Positions 9,648 through 20,625 are shown, numbered from the stretch's first letter. The stretch is DNA of 64,000 nucleotides from an uncultured Verrucomicrobiae bacterium (GCA_963765205.1 CAVXVB010000008.1:416001-480000); one strand, 5' to 3'. Translations and numbers: made by a program. The notes: a model not told the origin generated them from the letters alone.

Positions 9648-12320
9648 ATGAAACCCCACCCTGCTGCCTATTCCGTTCGTTTTGAAAAAAAATCCTTGGT
9701 GAATTTCCTAGCCCGGTGGGCCGCCGCCGTGCTTTCCCTCGCTGCGGCGCTCCTGTCCTCATGTGCCGGGCTGCCGCCGCGCCTTGATGCGGAAGCCAGC
9801 CCGCGCGAGCGAATTAATTTCGATGCCAACTGGCGCTACATCCAGAACGACCCGGGCGACGCAGGCAATACTCTAGCCTATGCTCAAATCAAGCCCGACT
9901 TGCTGGCTAATTCCAATTTTGCCGACTACGTGGTGCGGCCCAATCCGGATCGCAACCCCGGCCAAAACGTGTCGTATGTCAAACCGGACTTTGACGACAG
10001 TTCGTGGCGGCAGTTGAATCTGCCGCACGACTGGGGCGTCGAGGGGCAGTTCGACATGAGCCTTAATGCCGCCACCGGCCACCTGAAATATTTCGGCACC
10101 GCCTGGTATCGCAAGACGTTCGCCATTCCCGCCAGCGACCAGGGCCGCCGCATCCTGCTGGATGTGGATGGCGCGATGGCCTATCCCTCGATCTGGCTCA
10201 ACGGCCAATTTCTCGGCGGCTGGGCCTATGGTTATTCTTCCTTTGAGGTGGACTTAACGCGCTACCTGAAATTCGGCGGGGACAACGTCCTCGCCATCCG
10301 GCTCGACAATCCGAATAATTCCTCGCGGTGGTATCCGGGCGGCGGGATCAACCGCAACGTGTGGCTGGTCAAGACCGACCCCGTCCACGTCGCGCACTGG
10401 GGCGTTTATGTCACGACCCCCGCCGTGACCAAGGATTCCGCCACCGTCAGCGTCAAGGTGGACGTGAGCAATGAAAACGCCGCCACCGCGAGCGCGCGCG
10501 TGCAAACTGAAATTTACGCGCTCGACGCCAACGGCCAACCCTCCGGCGCGCCCCTGGCCTCCGCCACCTCGGACAGCCTGAGCGTGGACCCCGGCGCCAT
10601 CAAATCCGCCGCGCTCTCGCTGCGGGTCGCCAATCCGAAATTATGGGATCTGCAGAATCCGAACCTCTATGCCGCCGTCACCACCGTGTTGCAGAATGGC
10701 CGGGAGGTGGACCGCACGGTCAGCAATTTCGGCATCCGTACAATCTGGTTCGATCCAAACCTAGGCTTTTTCCTCAACGGCGTGCATGTGCCGCTCAACG
10801 GCGTGTGCGACCATGCCGACCTGGGGCCGCTGGGCAGCGTGGTCAATGTGCGCGGCCTCCAGCGCCAACTCGAGATCCTCAAGGAAATGGGGTGCAACGC
10901 CATTCGCACGAGTCACAATATGCCCGCGCCCGAGTTGCTCGACCTGTGCGACAAAATGGGCATTATGGTCATGGATGAGTCGTTCGACACCTGGGACCGC
11001 GCCAAGTCCCGCAGCGACTACAACCTCCTGTGGCCCGACTGGCACACGACGGACGAACGCTGCCAAGTCCGCCGCGACCGCAACCATCCGTCGGTCATTT
11101 TGTGGAGCGTCGGCAACGAAATCGGCGACCAAGGCTCGGCACTCGGCAACCAAATCCTCGCCGAATTAATCACGACGGTTCATGCGGAAGACCCCACGCG
11201 CCGGGTCCTCACCAACAACAGCAGCAACAACGGATTTACCATTTATCCGGAGGATGAATACGCCTACGGCTACAGTTACGAGCCGCGCATCAACCCCGGT
11301 TACACGGCCTACCATCAGCAGCGACCCAACGTCGTTCTGATGAGCAGCGAGTCGGCCTCGTGTATCAGCGCGCGCGGCGTGTATGTGTTCCCGATGACAG
11401 ACAACAAGAGTGGCGGTGCCGCGCCCAATCATTTGATGAGTTCCTACGACCTCTACGCGCCGCCCTGGGCCAGCAAGCCCGACACGGAGTTTGCCGCGCT
11501 GGACCAGAATCCCTTTGCCGCGGGTGAATTTGTATGGACGGGTTTTGATTACATCGGCGAGCCGACGAACAACGGCCCCGGCGGCGGCGGGGGTGGCGCC
11601 CGCGCCGCGGGCAACGGACCACCCGACACCTCGCGCAGTTCCTACTTTGGCATCATTGACCTCGACGGTTTCAAGAAGGACCGCTTCTACCTCTACCAGG
11701 CGCGCTGGCGGCCGGATTTGCCGATGGCGCACATATTGCCACATTGGAACTGGGCCGGCCGCGAAGGCCAGGTGACGCCCGTAATGGTTTACACTTCGGG
11801 CGACGAGGCCGAGTTGTTCCTCAACGGCGTCTCGCAAGGCCGCAAAACCAAGGGCCAGTTTGAATACCGTCTGCGCTGGGACGACGTGGTTTACCAGCCC
11901 GGCGAACTGCACGTCGTCTCCTACAAAAACGGCAAGGTCTGGGCCGAGGAAACCGTCAAGACCACGGGCGCCGCCGCCCAGGTCAACCTCGCCGCCGACC
12001 GCGCCGCCATCGCCAACGACGGCTCGGACCTTTCCTACATCACTGTTTCCATCAAGGACAAGGCCGGCCTCACGGCGCCGACCGCAATGAACGCGCTCCA
12101 CTACGAAATCTCCGGCCCCGGCGAAATCGTCGCGGTAGACAATGGCGACGAGACGAGCCTCCTGCCTTTCCAAAACAGCAAGGACAGCAAAGCCTTCAAC
12201 GGCCTCGCGCTCGTCATCGTCCGCGCCAAACCCGGCCAATCCGGCAAAATCACCCTCACCGCGACTTCCGACGGCCTGACGGCGGGGACGGTGGATGTTG
12301 CGGCGAATGCGCCTGAATAA
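9648..12320 (+). CDS. GH2 beta-galactosidase (GalB-like), probable lipoprotein
   Basis: LNLPHDWG, SRWYPGGGI, NAIRTSHN, RNHPSVILWSVGNE, FVWTGFDYIGEP; start uncertain. Confidence 0.88.
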   Translation: MKPHPAAYSVRFEKKSLVNFLARWAAAVLSLAAALLSSCAGLPPRLDAEASPRERINFDANWRYIQNDPGDAGNTLAYAQIKPDLLANSNFADYVVRPNPDRNPGQNVSYVKPDFDDSSWRQLNLPHDWGVEGQFDMSLNAATGHLKYFGTAWYRKTFAIPASDQGRRILLDVDGAMAYPSIWLNGQFLGGWAYGYSSFEVDLTRYLKFGGDNVLAIRLDNPNNSSRWYPGGGINRNVWLVKTDPVHVAHWGVYVTTPAVTKDSATVSVKVDVSNENAATASARVQTEIYALDANGQPSGAPLASATSDSLSVDPGAIKSAALSLRVANPKLWDLQNPNLYAAVTTVLQNGREVDRTVSNFGIRTIWFDPNLGFFLNGVHVPLNGVCDHADLGPLGSVVNVRGLQRQLEILKEMGCNAIRTSHNMPAPELLDLCDKMGIMVMDESFDTWDRAKSRSDYNLLWPDWHTTDERCQVRRDRNHPSVILWSVGNEIGDQGSALGNQILAELITTVHAEDPTRRVLTNNSSNNGFTIYPEDEYAYGYSYEPRINPGYTAYHQQRPNVVLMSSESASCISARGVYVFPMTDNKSGGAAPNHLMSSYDLYAPPWASKPDTEFAALDQNPFAAGEFVWTGFDYIGEPTNNGPGGGGGGARAAGNGPPDTSRSSYFGIIDLDGFKKDRFYLYQARWRPDLPMAHILPHWNWAGREGQVTPVMVYTSGDEAELFLNGVSQGRKTKGQFEYRLRWDDVVYQPGELHVVSYKNGKVWAEETVKTTGAAAQVNLAADRAAIANDGSDLSYITVSIKDKAGLTAPTAMNALHYEISGPGEIVAVDNGDETSLLPFQNSKDSKAFNGLALVIVRAKPGQSGKITLTATSDGLTAGTVDVAANAPE

Positions 12321-12436
12321 TGGAAAATGAAAGATGGAAAAATAAATGCCGCCGGTCGCCAGTCCTCCCTTGTCCAAAGGCGCCATTTTGTTTGCGTGTG
12401 ATTTTTCCATTTTCCATCTTCCATTTTCCATTCTGC
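12319..12436. repeat. Palindromic heptamer-array element (ATGGAAA family)
   Basis: atggaaaatgaaagatggaaaa ... ttttccattttccatcttccattttccattctgc. Confidence 0.8.
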
Positions 12437-12438
12437 TT

Positions 12439-13305
12439 ATGTCAACTTGGCTTCTTCTCGACGGCAACAATCTCGCCTACCGCGCGTTCTACGGCATGCC
12501 GGAGCTGGCGCGCGCGGACGGCTTCCCAACGGGCGCGCTGCACGGCTGGGTGCGCACGCTTTGGATGCTCCAGGACCAGGAAAAGGGCGCGCGCGCCGTC
12601 GCCTTTTTCGATCTCGGCGCATCCACCCGGCACGAAGCATTGCTCGCCGATTACAAGGCCCAGCGCAAGGAAATGCCCCAGCCGCTCTTTCAACAATTGG
12701 AGCCCATCAAGAAGCTGACGCGCGCGCTCGGCCTCGCCGTCGTCGAGCAGCGCGGCATTGAGGCCGACGACCTGCTGGCCTCTGCGGCGCAAAAATTATC
12801 CGCCGCGGGCAACACGGTGCTCATTGTCAGTGCCGATAAAGACTTCGGCCAGCTCGTGGGCGATGGTGTCCTCCAACTCGTGCCGCCAGCGACCGCCAAC
12901 CCCAAACTCGGCTGGAAGCGGCTCAATGCCGCGGGAGTGAAGGAAAAATTCGGTGTAGGCCCCGCGCAAATTCCCGCGCTGCTCGCCCTCACCGGCGACA
13001 CGTCGGACAACATCCCCGGCCTCGACGGCGTCGGCTACAAGACCGCCGCCAAATGGCTCGACGAGTTTGGCGACCTCGACACCCTGCTGCGCCGGTGGGA
13101 CTGGGTGAAACCCGAACGCTTCCGCCCGCAACTGCGCGACGCCGGCGCGTTGATGAAACGCAATCTGGAACTCGTCACCCTCCAAACCAGCCTCGACCCC
13201 GGCCCGCTCGACCCGCCCCAGCCCGATCTCGCCGCTGCCTGCGCGCTGCTCGAGGAAATGGAAATGAAGCGCACCCTTGAAGAGGCGAGGCGGCGGCTGG
13301 GATAA
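12439..13305 (+). CDS. Standalone 5'-3' exonuclease / flap endonuclease (PolA N-terminal-like)
   Basis: LLLDGNNLAYRAFY, YKAQR, EADD, SADKD, LTGDTSDNIPGLDGVGYKTA (H3TH). Confidence 0.9.
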   Translation: MSTWLLLDGNNLAYRAFYGMPELARADGFPTGALHGWVRTLWMLQDQEKGARAVAFFDLGASTRHEALLADYKAQRKEMPQPLFQQLEPIKKLTRALGLAVVEQRGIEADDLLASAAQKLSAAGNTVLIVSADKDFGQLVGDGVLQLVPPATANPKLGWKRLNAAGVKEKFGVGPAQIPALLALTGDTSDNIPGLDGVGYKTAAKWLDEFGDLDTLLRRWDWVKPERFRPQLRDAGALMKRNLELVTLQTSLDPGPLDPPQPDLAAACALLEEMEMKRTLEEARRRLG

Positions 13306-13438
13306 AGCGCAAAAATTTTACCCAAAGAATACAAGGAGGCCATTAGTGAAGGACTTTTTTTGTGTTTATTTCGGCGGTGGGTCAATTTAGCATTACCCGC
13401 GTTTTCCGTGTTTTCCTTGGTTCAATTTTAACCTCCCC

Positions 13439-15574
13439 ATGCATTTCACTCCAATCTTGCTGATGGTGCTTGCGCAAACGCCGGCGCAAGCGCAGCCCCA
13501 CGCCTCCGCTGCCGAAGCCGGCCCGGCCCTGCCGCCAAATGTATTGTCCGTTCCCGACCACGGATGGATGCCGCTCTTCAATGGAGAAAACCTCGACGGC
13601 TGGTATACCTACCGTGTGCGCGACGGCAAAAACAACGATGTCCAGCATGTCTTCAAGGTCGAAAATGGCACGATTCATGTGCTCGACGTGCCCGACCCGG
13701 CCACACCGCAGCCCAACGGTTATCTGGCGACCAACGAGGAATTTCGCAACTACCGCGTGCGGCTCGAATACAAATGGGGCACCATTAAATTCGCCGTGCC
13801 CCGTCATCCCGACGGCCTCCCGCGCGACGCCGGCCTGCTTTACCATATGACCGGCCCCGACCGGGTCTGGCCGACTTGCGTCGAATTCCAAATTGACGAG
13901 CACACCACCGGCGACGTGTTTTTGCTGCCCAACAACCCGCCCAATCCATCCGCCGACACGTCGGTAGTCGCCAACGCCGACGGCACCCCGCGGGAACAAG
14001 GGCGCGGCGTTTATACCTTTCAGGCCGGCGGCGTGTGGGTTACCGACCATGGCCAGCGCCTCATCCGCAGCCAGCAATTCGACACCATGGATGGATGGAA
14101 CACGGTCGAGCTGTTCACGACCGAAAACAGCGGGGTCCACGTCGTGAATGGCCACGTCAATAATTTCGTGCGTAATCTGCAACTGCCCAACAACGGCGGC
14201 CCGTTGAGCCAGGGCAAAATACTCCTGCAGGAAGAAAACAACGAAGTCTTTTACCGCAAGGTCGAAATCAAGCCGCTGTTTGCGGATCGTTACGGCGGCC
14301 CGGCGTATAAGGTGCTCGTGGTTGGCGCCGCCGCGAATGATCCGGCGGCCCAAGCCGTCCAAAAACTTGGCACGGAAAACAATTTTACCGCAGACTTGGG
14401 CGATCCCGCTTCGTTCACCGCGGACAATCTGAAGCAATACAAGGCCGTGGTGGTTTTAAGTGGCGGCATCGGTGCGGTCAACTTCGGCGAGCAGCAAGCC
14501 CTCCAGGACTACCTCCACGCCGGCGGCGGTTTCGTCGCGCTGGCAGCGGCCGCCGAAGCCAAGCCCGGTTGGGATTGGTATGCCAGGCTCGTCGGCGCGG
14601 TGGTGGACAACGCGCCCACCGCCATGGCCCAGCTCAAACTTGAGGACGCCTACCATACTTCGACCTCGTCGCTGCCCCTGACCTGGTTACACGCCGACCA
14701 GTGGCCCAACTTCAAAGCCAACCCGCGCGCGCAGGTGCATGTTATCGCCACCGTGGATGAATCCACCTACACGGGCGGCACCATGGGTGCGGACCATCCG
14801 GTGGCGTGGTGCCAGTATTTCGAGGGCGGCCGCTCGTTTTACACCGCGCTCGGCTCCGCGAAAGAGGACTATTCCGACCCGCTGTTCCTGATCCACCTGC
14901 TCGGCGGCATCTGCTTTGCCGCGAACACCGATGGCGCCCCGCCGCCGGGGGCGACCGTGCTCTTTGACGGCACCGACACTTCGCACTGGGTCGGCAAGGA
15001 CAACACGACCTTCACCTGGTTGTTCCACGACGGCGTAATCGAGCCGCCGCCCGCCACCTACCCCAACGGGGTCCGCGTGATGACCGGCGACCTGCACACG
15101 AAGGAAACCTACACGGACTTTCAACTGCACGTCGAGTTCAAGGTGCCCGCCACCAATTTTGACCCCGATCGGCAAGAACAGTCGCGCGGCAACAGCGGCG
15201 TGTATATGCAAGGGCGTTACGAGAACCAGATCCTCGACAGCTACGACCACCCCATCGCGGGAATGAACGACGAGGGTGCGATTTATGGCATCAAGGACGC
15301 CGACTTTAACGCGAGCGTCCCGGCCGAAGTCTGGCAAGCCTATGACATCACTTTCCACGCCGCGCGCTGGCAGGACGGTAAAAAAATCTCCGATGCGCGG
15401 GTCACTTCGTATCTCAACGGCGTGCGCGTGCAAAATGACACGGCCATCCCCCGCTCCACTCAAAGCAGCATGATGACCGAAGGCCCCGAGCCCGGCCCGA
15501 TTGCGCTGCAGGACCACCTCAACGCCGTGCAATTCCGCTACGTTTGGGTCAAGCCGCTCACCGATTCAAAATAA
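13439..15574 (+). CDS. DUF1080 (3-keto-disaccharide hydrolase-like)-ThuA-DUF1080 secreted multidomain protein
   Basis: LFNGENLDGW and GKILLQEE; ThuA-like DESTYTGGTMGADHPVAWC...GRSFYTALG; second DUF1080 with GNSGVY and GPIALQDH. Confidence 0.75.
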   Translation: MHFTPILLMVLAQTPAQAQPHASAAEAGPALPPNVLSVPDHGWMPLFNGENLDGWYTYRVRDGKNNDVQHVFKVENGTIHVLDVPDPATPQPNGYLATNEEFRNYRVRLEYKWGTIKFAVPRHPDGLPRDAGLLYHMTGPDRVWPTCVEFQIDEHTTGDVFLLPNNPPNPSADTSVVANADGTPREQGRGVYTFQAGGVWVTDHGQRLIRSQQFDTMDGWNTVELFTTENSGVHVVNGHVNNFVRNLQLPNNGGPLSQGKILLQEENNEVFYRKVEIKPLFADRYGGPAYKVLVVGAAANDPAAQAVQKLGTENNFTADLGDPASFTADNLKQYKAVVVLSGGIGAVNFGEQQALQDYLHAGGGFVALAAAAEAKPGWDWYARLVGAVVDNAPTAMAQLKLEDAYHTSTSSLPLTWLHADQWPNFKANPRAQVHVIATVDESTYTGGTMGADHPVAWCQYFEGGRSFYTALGSAKEDYSDPLFLIHLLGGICFAANTDGAPPPGATVLFDGTDTSHWVGKDNTTFTWLFHDGVIEPPPATYPNGVRVMTGDLHTKETYTDFQLHVEFKVPATNFDPDRQEQSRGNSGVYMQGRYENQILDSYDHPIAGMNDEGAIYGIKDADFNASVPAEVWQAYDITFHAARWQDGKKISDARVTSYLNGVRVQNDTAIPRSTQSSMMTEGPEPGPIALQDHLNAVQFRYVWVKPLTDSK

Positions 15575-15584
15575 GGCGGGCGGC

Positions 15585-16253
15585 TCAATTTCTTGGTTTC
15601 TGCAAAAACTCCAGCACTTCGCGTAGGGAGCCAGCGCGGGCGGCGGCGAGTTTTTGCGCGGTGGAGGAGACGGGCGCCAGATCGGGAATCCACACCGCTC
15701 GGGCGCCCGAGGCGTGCGCGGCCTGCAGCCCCGGCTCGGAGTCCTCGAACACACCGCAATTTTCCGCCGCCGCACCCAGCGCCGCGGCCGCGCGCAGATA
15801 AATGTCCGGCGCAGGCTTGCCGCGCTCGACCTGGTCACCGCCGATGACAACGTGGAAAAATCCGCGCAGATTCGCCGCCGCCAGCTTGCGCTCGGCCTTG
15901 GGGGTGCGCGTGGAGGTTGCCACCGCACAGGGTCGGTTCTGTGCGGCGAGCCAAGCGAGCAATTCCGCCACGCCCTCCTTCACCGGGACGCCTTGCGCGA
16001 GGAAAACCTCGTAATGTTGTTCCGAGCGCGCGACCAGCCGGGTGGTCAGCGCTTCGTCGCCGACGCGCGCGGCGAGCCGCTGGAAAATGTCCGACCCGCG
16101 CCGGCCGATGAGTTCGAGGAAGGCATCTTCCGGCAGGGGCACGCCCAAGTCGTCCGCGGCGGCGTGGAGCGCGCGGCGCGAGAGGCGCTCGGTGTCGAAG
16201 AGCAGGCCATCCATATCGAAGACGAAGGCCCTGCAATCGTGGAGAAATTCCAT
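15585..16253 (-). CDS. HAD family phosphatase
   Basis: FDMDGLLFDTE, KPAPDIY, FEDSEPG. Confidence 0.9.
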   Translation of the reverse strand: MEFLHDCRAFVFDMDGLLFDTERLSRRALHAAADDLGVPLPEDAFLELIGRRGSDIFQRLAARVGDEALTTRLVARSEQHYEVFLAQGVPVKEGVAELLAWLAAQNRPCAVATSTRTPKAERKLAAANLRGFFHVVIGGDQVERGKPAPDIYLRAAAALGAAAENCGVFEDSEPGLQAAHASGARAVWIPDLAPVSSTAQKLAAARAGSLREVLEFLQKPRN

Positions 16254-16267
16254 AAAGGAGTTGTTTT

Positions 16268-16338
16268 ACCGCAAAACACACAAAGGACGCAAAAGAGAAT
16301 CGTTGTTATTCCTTTGCGTCTTTTGCGTTTTTTGCGGT
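16268..16338. repeat. Palindromic 9-mer-type repeat element
   Basis: accgcaaaacacacaaaggacgcaaaag ... ctttgcgtcttttgcgttttttgcggt. Confidence 0.7.
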
Positions 16339-16349
16339 AATAAATCCAG

Positions 16350-17105
16350 ATGCCAACGCTCGACCAAATCGCCGCCTACTGCGACCGGCGGGTGCGCGTG
16401 CGCGCCATCGCCGATTTTCCCGGCGCGCTCAACGGCTTGCAAGTATCCAATTCCGGGCGCGTGACGAAAATCGGCGCGGCGGTGGACGCCGGGATGGTGC
16501 CGTTTGCGCTGGCCGCCGCGTCGGGCGTGGACTTTCTCATCGTCCACCACGGAATGTTCTGGGATGGCGCGCAGCCCATCACCGACGAGCGCCAAGCCCG
16601 GCTGAAGGCCTTATTTGACGCCGATTGCGCGGTTTATTCCGCCCACCTGCCGCTCGATGCCCATCCGAAAATCGGCAACAACACGCTGATTGCGCGTGCG
16701 CTCGGGCTGAAGGTTTCCGGCTGGGGCATCCCCTATCAGGGCACGCTGATTGCGGCGCTCGTGGACCAGGCGCCGCCGCGCATACAGTTGAAGAAAAAAC
16801 TGGAAAAGCTTTTCCCGCGTGGCATCACGGCGCTCGAATTCGGCCCGGCCCGGCCGCGCCGGCTGGCGATCATCAGCGGCAGCGGCAGCTCGTGCGTCGC
16901 GCACCTGCGCGAAGCGGGCGCGGATACGTTGGTGACGGGCGAGCTGAAGCAGTCCGCGTTCAACGCTGCGCAGGAAGCAGGCCTCAATTTGTATATTTGC
17001 GGGCATTATGCAACGGAGATTTTCGGCGTGTGCGCGCTGGCGCGGGAGTGCGCGGCCCGGTTCCGCGTGCCCTGGGAATTTCTCGACACTGGCTGCCCGC
17101 TCTGA
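16350..17105 (+). CDS. Nif3-like (YbgI) dinuclear metal-centre protein
   Basis: [24 protein letters not shown]. Confidence 0.9.
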   Translation: MPTLDQIAAYCDRRVRVRAIADFPGALNGLQVSNSGRVTKIGAAVDAGMVPFALAAASGVDFLIVHHGMFWDGAQPITDERQARLKALFDADCAVYSAHLPLDAHPKIGNNTLIARALGLKVSGWGIPYQGTLIAALVDQAPPRIQLKKKLEKLFPRGITALEFGPARPRRLAIISGSGSSCVAHLREAGADTLVTGELKQSAFNAAQEAGLNLYICGHYATEIFGVCALARECAARFRVPWEFLDTGCPL

Positions 17106-17118
17106 TTGCCTTGCGCCC

Positions 17119-17556
17119 ATGAAAACTTACGGACTGCTCCATGGCCCCAACCTCGACCGCCTCGGCAAACGCGAGACGGACGTTTATGGCCGCGCCACGC
17201 TGGCCGACCTCGAAGCCAAGGTGCAGGCCGAGGCGAAGGTGCTTGGCGTGAAGCTGGAATGCTTCCAGTCAAATCATGAAGGCGCGCTCATCGAGCAAAT
17301 CGCGCGCTGGGCGGACGCGGGCGTGGCCGGGCTGGTCATCAACGCCGGCGCGCTCACGCACACGAGTGTCGCGTTGCGCGACGCCCTCGCCGGCAGCAAT
17401 CTACCCTGCGTCGAGGTGCATATCTCGAACATTTACAAGCGCGAGGAGTTCCGCCACAAATCCTACACCGCCGGCGTTTGCATCGGCATCGTGTCGGGCC
17501 TGGGCATCGAAGGCTATTTCGCCGCGCTGCGGTTTCTGGCGGGAATGAAGAAATGA
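17119..17556 (+). CDS. aroQ: Type II 3-dehydroquinate dehydratase
   Basis: [40 protein letters not shown]. Confidence 0.95.
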   Translation: MKTYGLLHGPNLDRLGKRETDVYGRATLADLEAKVQAEAKVLGVKLECFQSNHEGALIEQIARWADAGVAGLVINAGALTHTSVALRDALAGSNLPCVEVHISNIYKREEFRHKSYTAGVCIGIVSGLGIEGYFAALRFLAGMKK

Positions 17557-17565
17557 CGGGTCCGC

Positions 17566-18180
17566 CTAGGAGGGACCAGAGCTGCTGCCCGCCCGGCCCA
17601 TGAACATACCCGAGTATTTGACGAGGTAGCCCACGCCGGAAAAGGCCGTCAGCCCCGCCGCCGTGACAAAGAGCCACAGGCCGGTGAGTTGGGCCATGCG
17701 CGCGGCGTGCGCATGGTGAAAATCCGCTTCGAGCGCGTGCGCAAGCAAAAGCACAGAGACACTCACCAGTTGCAGCACGGTTTTGATTTTCCCCGTGCGC
17801 TCGGCGGCGAGGACGCGGCCTTGGCTGGCCGCGACCAGGCGCAGGCCGGTGACGAGGAATTCGCGCGCAAAAATAACCAGCACCAAAAACAGCGCCCAAT
17901 CCGGCAGCAGCGGGTCGCGCGCGCCGGGCATGGGCACGAGCATCGCAATCATGAGGCCGACGACGAGCACCTTGTCTGTCAGCGCGTCCATAAGCTTGCC
18001 GAAATCCGACACAATGCGGTAGCGGCGCGCGAGGTAGCCATCGAGCCAGTCCGACACGCCGCCGAGGACAAAGACGACGAAGGCCGCCGTCGCCGCGCCG
18101 GGCAGTTGGGCGAACACCAACGCCACCACCACGAACAGCGCGGGCACGCGCGAGAGCGTGATGAGGTTGGGCCAGTTCAT
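17566..18180 (-). CDS. pgsA: CDP-diacylglycerol--glycerol-3-phosphate 3-phosphatidyltransferase
   Basis: PNLITLSR; SDWLDGYLARR...GKLMDALTDK CDP-alcohol motif. Confidence 0.88.
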   Translation of the reverse strand: MNWPNLITLSRVPALFVVVALVFAQLPGAATAAFVVFVLGGVSDWLDGYLARRYRIVSDFGKLMDALTDKVLVVGLMIAMLVPMPGARDPLLPDWALFLVLVIFAREFLVTGLRLVAASQGRVLAAERTGKIKTVLQLVSVSVLLLAHALEADFHHAHAARMAQLTGLWLFVTAAGLTAFSGVGYLVKYSGMFMGRAGSSSGPS

Positions 18181-18301
18181 GGCGGGAGCGGAGCCAGGCC
18201 CGGCGCGCGCCGCGAATCGGCTTGCGTCGGCGGACGGGACGCGGAAACTAAATCAGGCGGCAACGCCCTTGGCCAGCCGATTCGGAAACCCGCCCGCGCG
18301 C

Positions 18302-18787
18302 ATGAAACTCGCCCTCTACCCCGGCACCTTCGACCCCGTCACCCACGGCCACCTCGACATTCTCGGGCGAGCCTGCCGCCTGTTCGACGAGGTCTTGGTG
18401 GCCGTCGCGCCCAATGCGACGAAGGCGCCGCTTTTCACCGTCGAGGAGCGCCTCGCCTTGCTCGCCCCGCACGTCAAGACCTTCGCCAACGCAAAGCTGG
18501 TGCGGCTGGACGGGCTGACGGTGGACTTCGCGAAAAAGCGCGGCGCGATCGCGCTCATCCGCGGCCTGCGCGCGGTGTCGGACTTCGAATTCGAATTTCA
18601 AATGGCGCAGATGAACCGGCACCTTGACGGTTCCGTCGAGACGATTTTCCTCATGCCGAACCAGACGTTTTTCTACACCAGCTCGCAAATCGTGAAACAA
18701 GTGTGCCGGGTGGACTCCTCACGCCTCGGCCAGTTTGTGCCGGACAACGTGCTGAAAGCGCTCCGGAAGAAATTTGTGAAGAAGTAA
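18302..18787 (+). CDS. coaD: Phosphopantetheine adenylyltransferase
   Basis: YPGTFDPVTHGHLD, RGLRAVSDFEFE. Confidence 0.95.
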   Translation: MKLALYPGTFDPVTHGHLDILGRACRLFDEVLVAVAPNATKAPLFTVEERLALLAPHVKTFANAKLVRLDGLTVDFAKKRGAIALIRGLRAVSDFEFEFQMAQMNRHLDGSVETIFLMPNQTFFYTSSQIVKQVCRVDSSRLGQFVPDNVLKALRKKFVKK

Positions 18788-19020
18788 TGGTTCGCCCGAT
18801 GCCCGGCCCCGCCTCCAACGACCCCCTGCACGGCATCACGCTGGAGATGATGCTCAACCTGCTCGTGGAGGTGTATGGCTGGCGGGAAATGGGCCGGCGG
18901 ATTGACATCCGCTGCTTCCAATTCAACCCCAGCATCAAATCCAGTTTGCAGTTTTTGCGGCGCACGCCGTGGGCGCGGAAAAAAGTAGAGGAGTTGTATT
19001 TGCAGTCGCGCGGGCCGTGA
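18787..19020 (+). CDS. VF530/DUF2132 family small protein
   Basis: DPLHGITLE...YGW...IDIRCF..NPSIKSSLQFLRRTPWARKKVE. Confidence 0.85.
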   Translation: MVRPMPGPASNDPLHGITLEMMLNLLVEVYGWREMGRRIDIRCFQFNPSIKSSLQFLRRTPWARKKVEELYLQSRGP

Positions 19021-19050
19021 CTCGCCGAATTGCACCCGTCTGCGGCGGCG

Positions 19051-20625
19051 CTAACCCTGGTCGGCAACGGCGCGTAAAAAGACGGCGTCGGTCGTCTCGT
19101 CCACCACGCGCAATGCGGGATTTTTTTTCAACTCGTCGAGGAGAATCATGCGTGGTTCCAAGTCCTTGAAATAGACGATGACGCCGTGGCACGCAGCGAG
19201 GCCCTGAAGCAGGTTCGCAAAATTCCGGGCAAAGTCCGCGTCGGCCACATTGCGCACATGGATCATCGTGTAAGGCACAAGGTGAAGGTCCGTGCGCTCC
19301 GTATAAAGGTAGAGCAAGCCGGGGTAATTGGTGTAGAGCGGCAAGGCGGCGTAGCGGGTTTGCGCGAGCAAAATGGCGCGGGAGTGGTGCCAGGCGGTGT
19401 TGTTGAAATCAAGCCGATCCGCACGGGCATGGCGCAGCCAGAAAACTGCTACGCAGGCGTAGATAAGGGTGATGAGGGCCGCGAGCGCGCCCGCGCAAAG
19501 CCGGGTTGTTCGGTCGTCGGAGGTGGGGTCGCCGCGCCACAAGGCGGTCGCGCCGGCGCCGAGCAACAACAAGACAAAAACAAACGGCAAAATCTGCATG
19601 CGCTCAGACAAATCCATCACCGGGTCCAAAAACATGGCGGTGAGCAAAATCACCGCCTGGTAGATTAGCAGGCTGATCGCAATTAACATGACGGGCGCAT
19701 GCTCGCGCCAATCCCAGGCTGGCCGCCGAGTTTGGCGTCGCCATCCTTTGACCAAGAGAAACGCCAGGATTGCGGCCAGCAAACCCACCACGGCAAACAG
19801 CCCGATCTTGAAGATCGAGTGTCCATCCAAAGGAATCACCCAGCGAGTCAAGGCGGCGGCGATTTTTTGGATTTGGCTCAAGGTCAGTCCATAATACGCC
19901 GGATGGCGGTCGGCGACCACCGAAGCATGGTCCCATGACCCGATCCACGAGGCCAGCGGTGCCACGGCGATGAGGCCATAGGCTGCGGCCCGGACCAGCT
20001 TCCGCGCCCAACTGCCCGTCGTGAAAAGGAGGACAAACACGACTCCGGCGAGAATATGGGCCTCGCCCACGTAACGCGTCATCGCCACGGCGGCGGCGAC
20101 CACGGCGGCGGCGACGAGCCAGACCCAAGACTGGCGCTTTTGATATTCCAACAATAAGCCGAGGCCAAGCAACCAGAACATTAAACACAAGGCCTCCGAC
20201 ATCGCCGAGACGTAGGCCCACAAAATCACCGGAGCAAGGGTGAAAAGCAGGCAAACCGCCGCCCCCGCGACTGCGGACAGCCGCAAGCGCAGCGCGAGCG
20301 CGGCCAGCAGACAAATGCTTAAGGGAAATAGGAGCGCATCCAGCCAGCGGGCGGCGGCGGGGACATCGCCCGTCAGCTTGCTCATGGCCGCCAGCGCGGC
20401 GGGATACAGAGGTGGCCAGTGTCGAAGCGGCTCCAGGCCGCCCGCGTCATCGGCCACGAGCATAGCGCCGCCCTGCAAATAGGTGCGCGCGGCACAAACA
20501 AAAGGGGCGGAATTATTGCTGAACCCCACACCGTCGCGAGTCACCCACAGCGAGGCCCCTGCGGCGCCCACCATGAGGAAAACCAAACCCACAAGAAGAC
20601 CCCGCGAGCCGCCACATTCTTTCAT
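19051..20625 (-). CDS. Polytopic membrane protein, GT-C/PMT-like glycosyltransferase
   Basis: Many TM segments; HWPPLYP and AMSE motifs; paralog of the next gene. Confidence 0.6.
   Translation of the reverse strand: MKECGGSRGLLVGLVFLMVGAAGASLWVTRDGVGFSNNSAPFVCAARTYLQGGAMLVADDAGGLEPLRHWPPLYPAALAAMSKLTGDVPAAARWLDALLFPLSICLLAALALRLRLSAVAGAAVCLLFTLAPVILWAYVSAMSEALCLMFWLLGLGLLLEYQKRQSWVWLVAAAVVAAAVAMTRYVGEAHILAGVVFVLLFTTGSWARKLVRAAAYGLIAVAPLASWIGSWDHASVVADRHPAYYGLTLSQIQKIAAALTRWVIPLDGHSIFKIGLFAVVGLLAAILAFLLVKGWRRQTRRPAWDWREHAPVMLIAISLLIYQAVILLTAMFLDPVMDLSERMQILPFVFVLLLLGAGATALWRGDPTSDDRTTRLCAGALAALITLIYACVAVFWLRHARADRLDFNNTAWHHSRAILLAQTRYAALPLYTNYPGLLYLYTERTDLHLVPYTMIHVRNVADADFARNFANLLQGLAACHGVIVYFKDLEPRMILLDELKKNPALRVVDETTDAVFLRAVADQG

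Noticed and set aside
12346..12438. N-terminal extensions in the ORF track (exonuclease, shc, hpnG, araD)
   Set aside because: They translate intergenic repeats; downstream ATGs match the family N-termini
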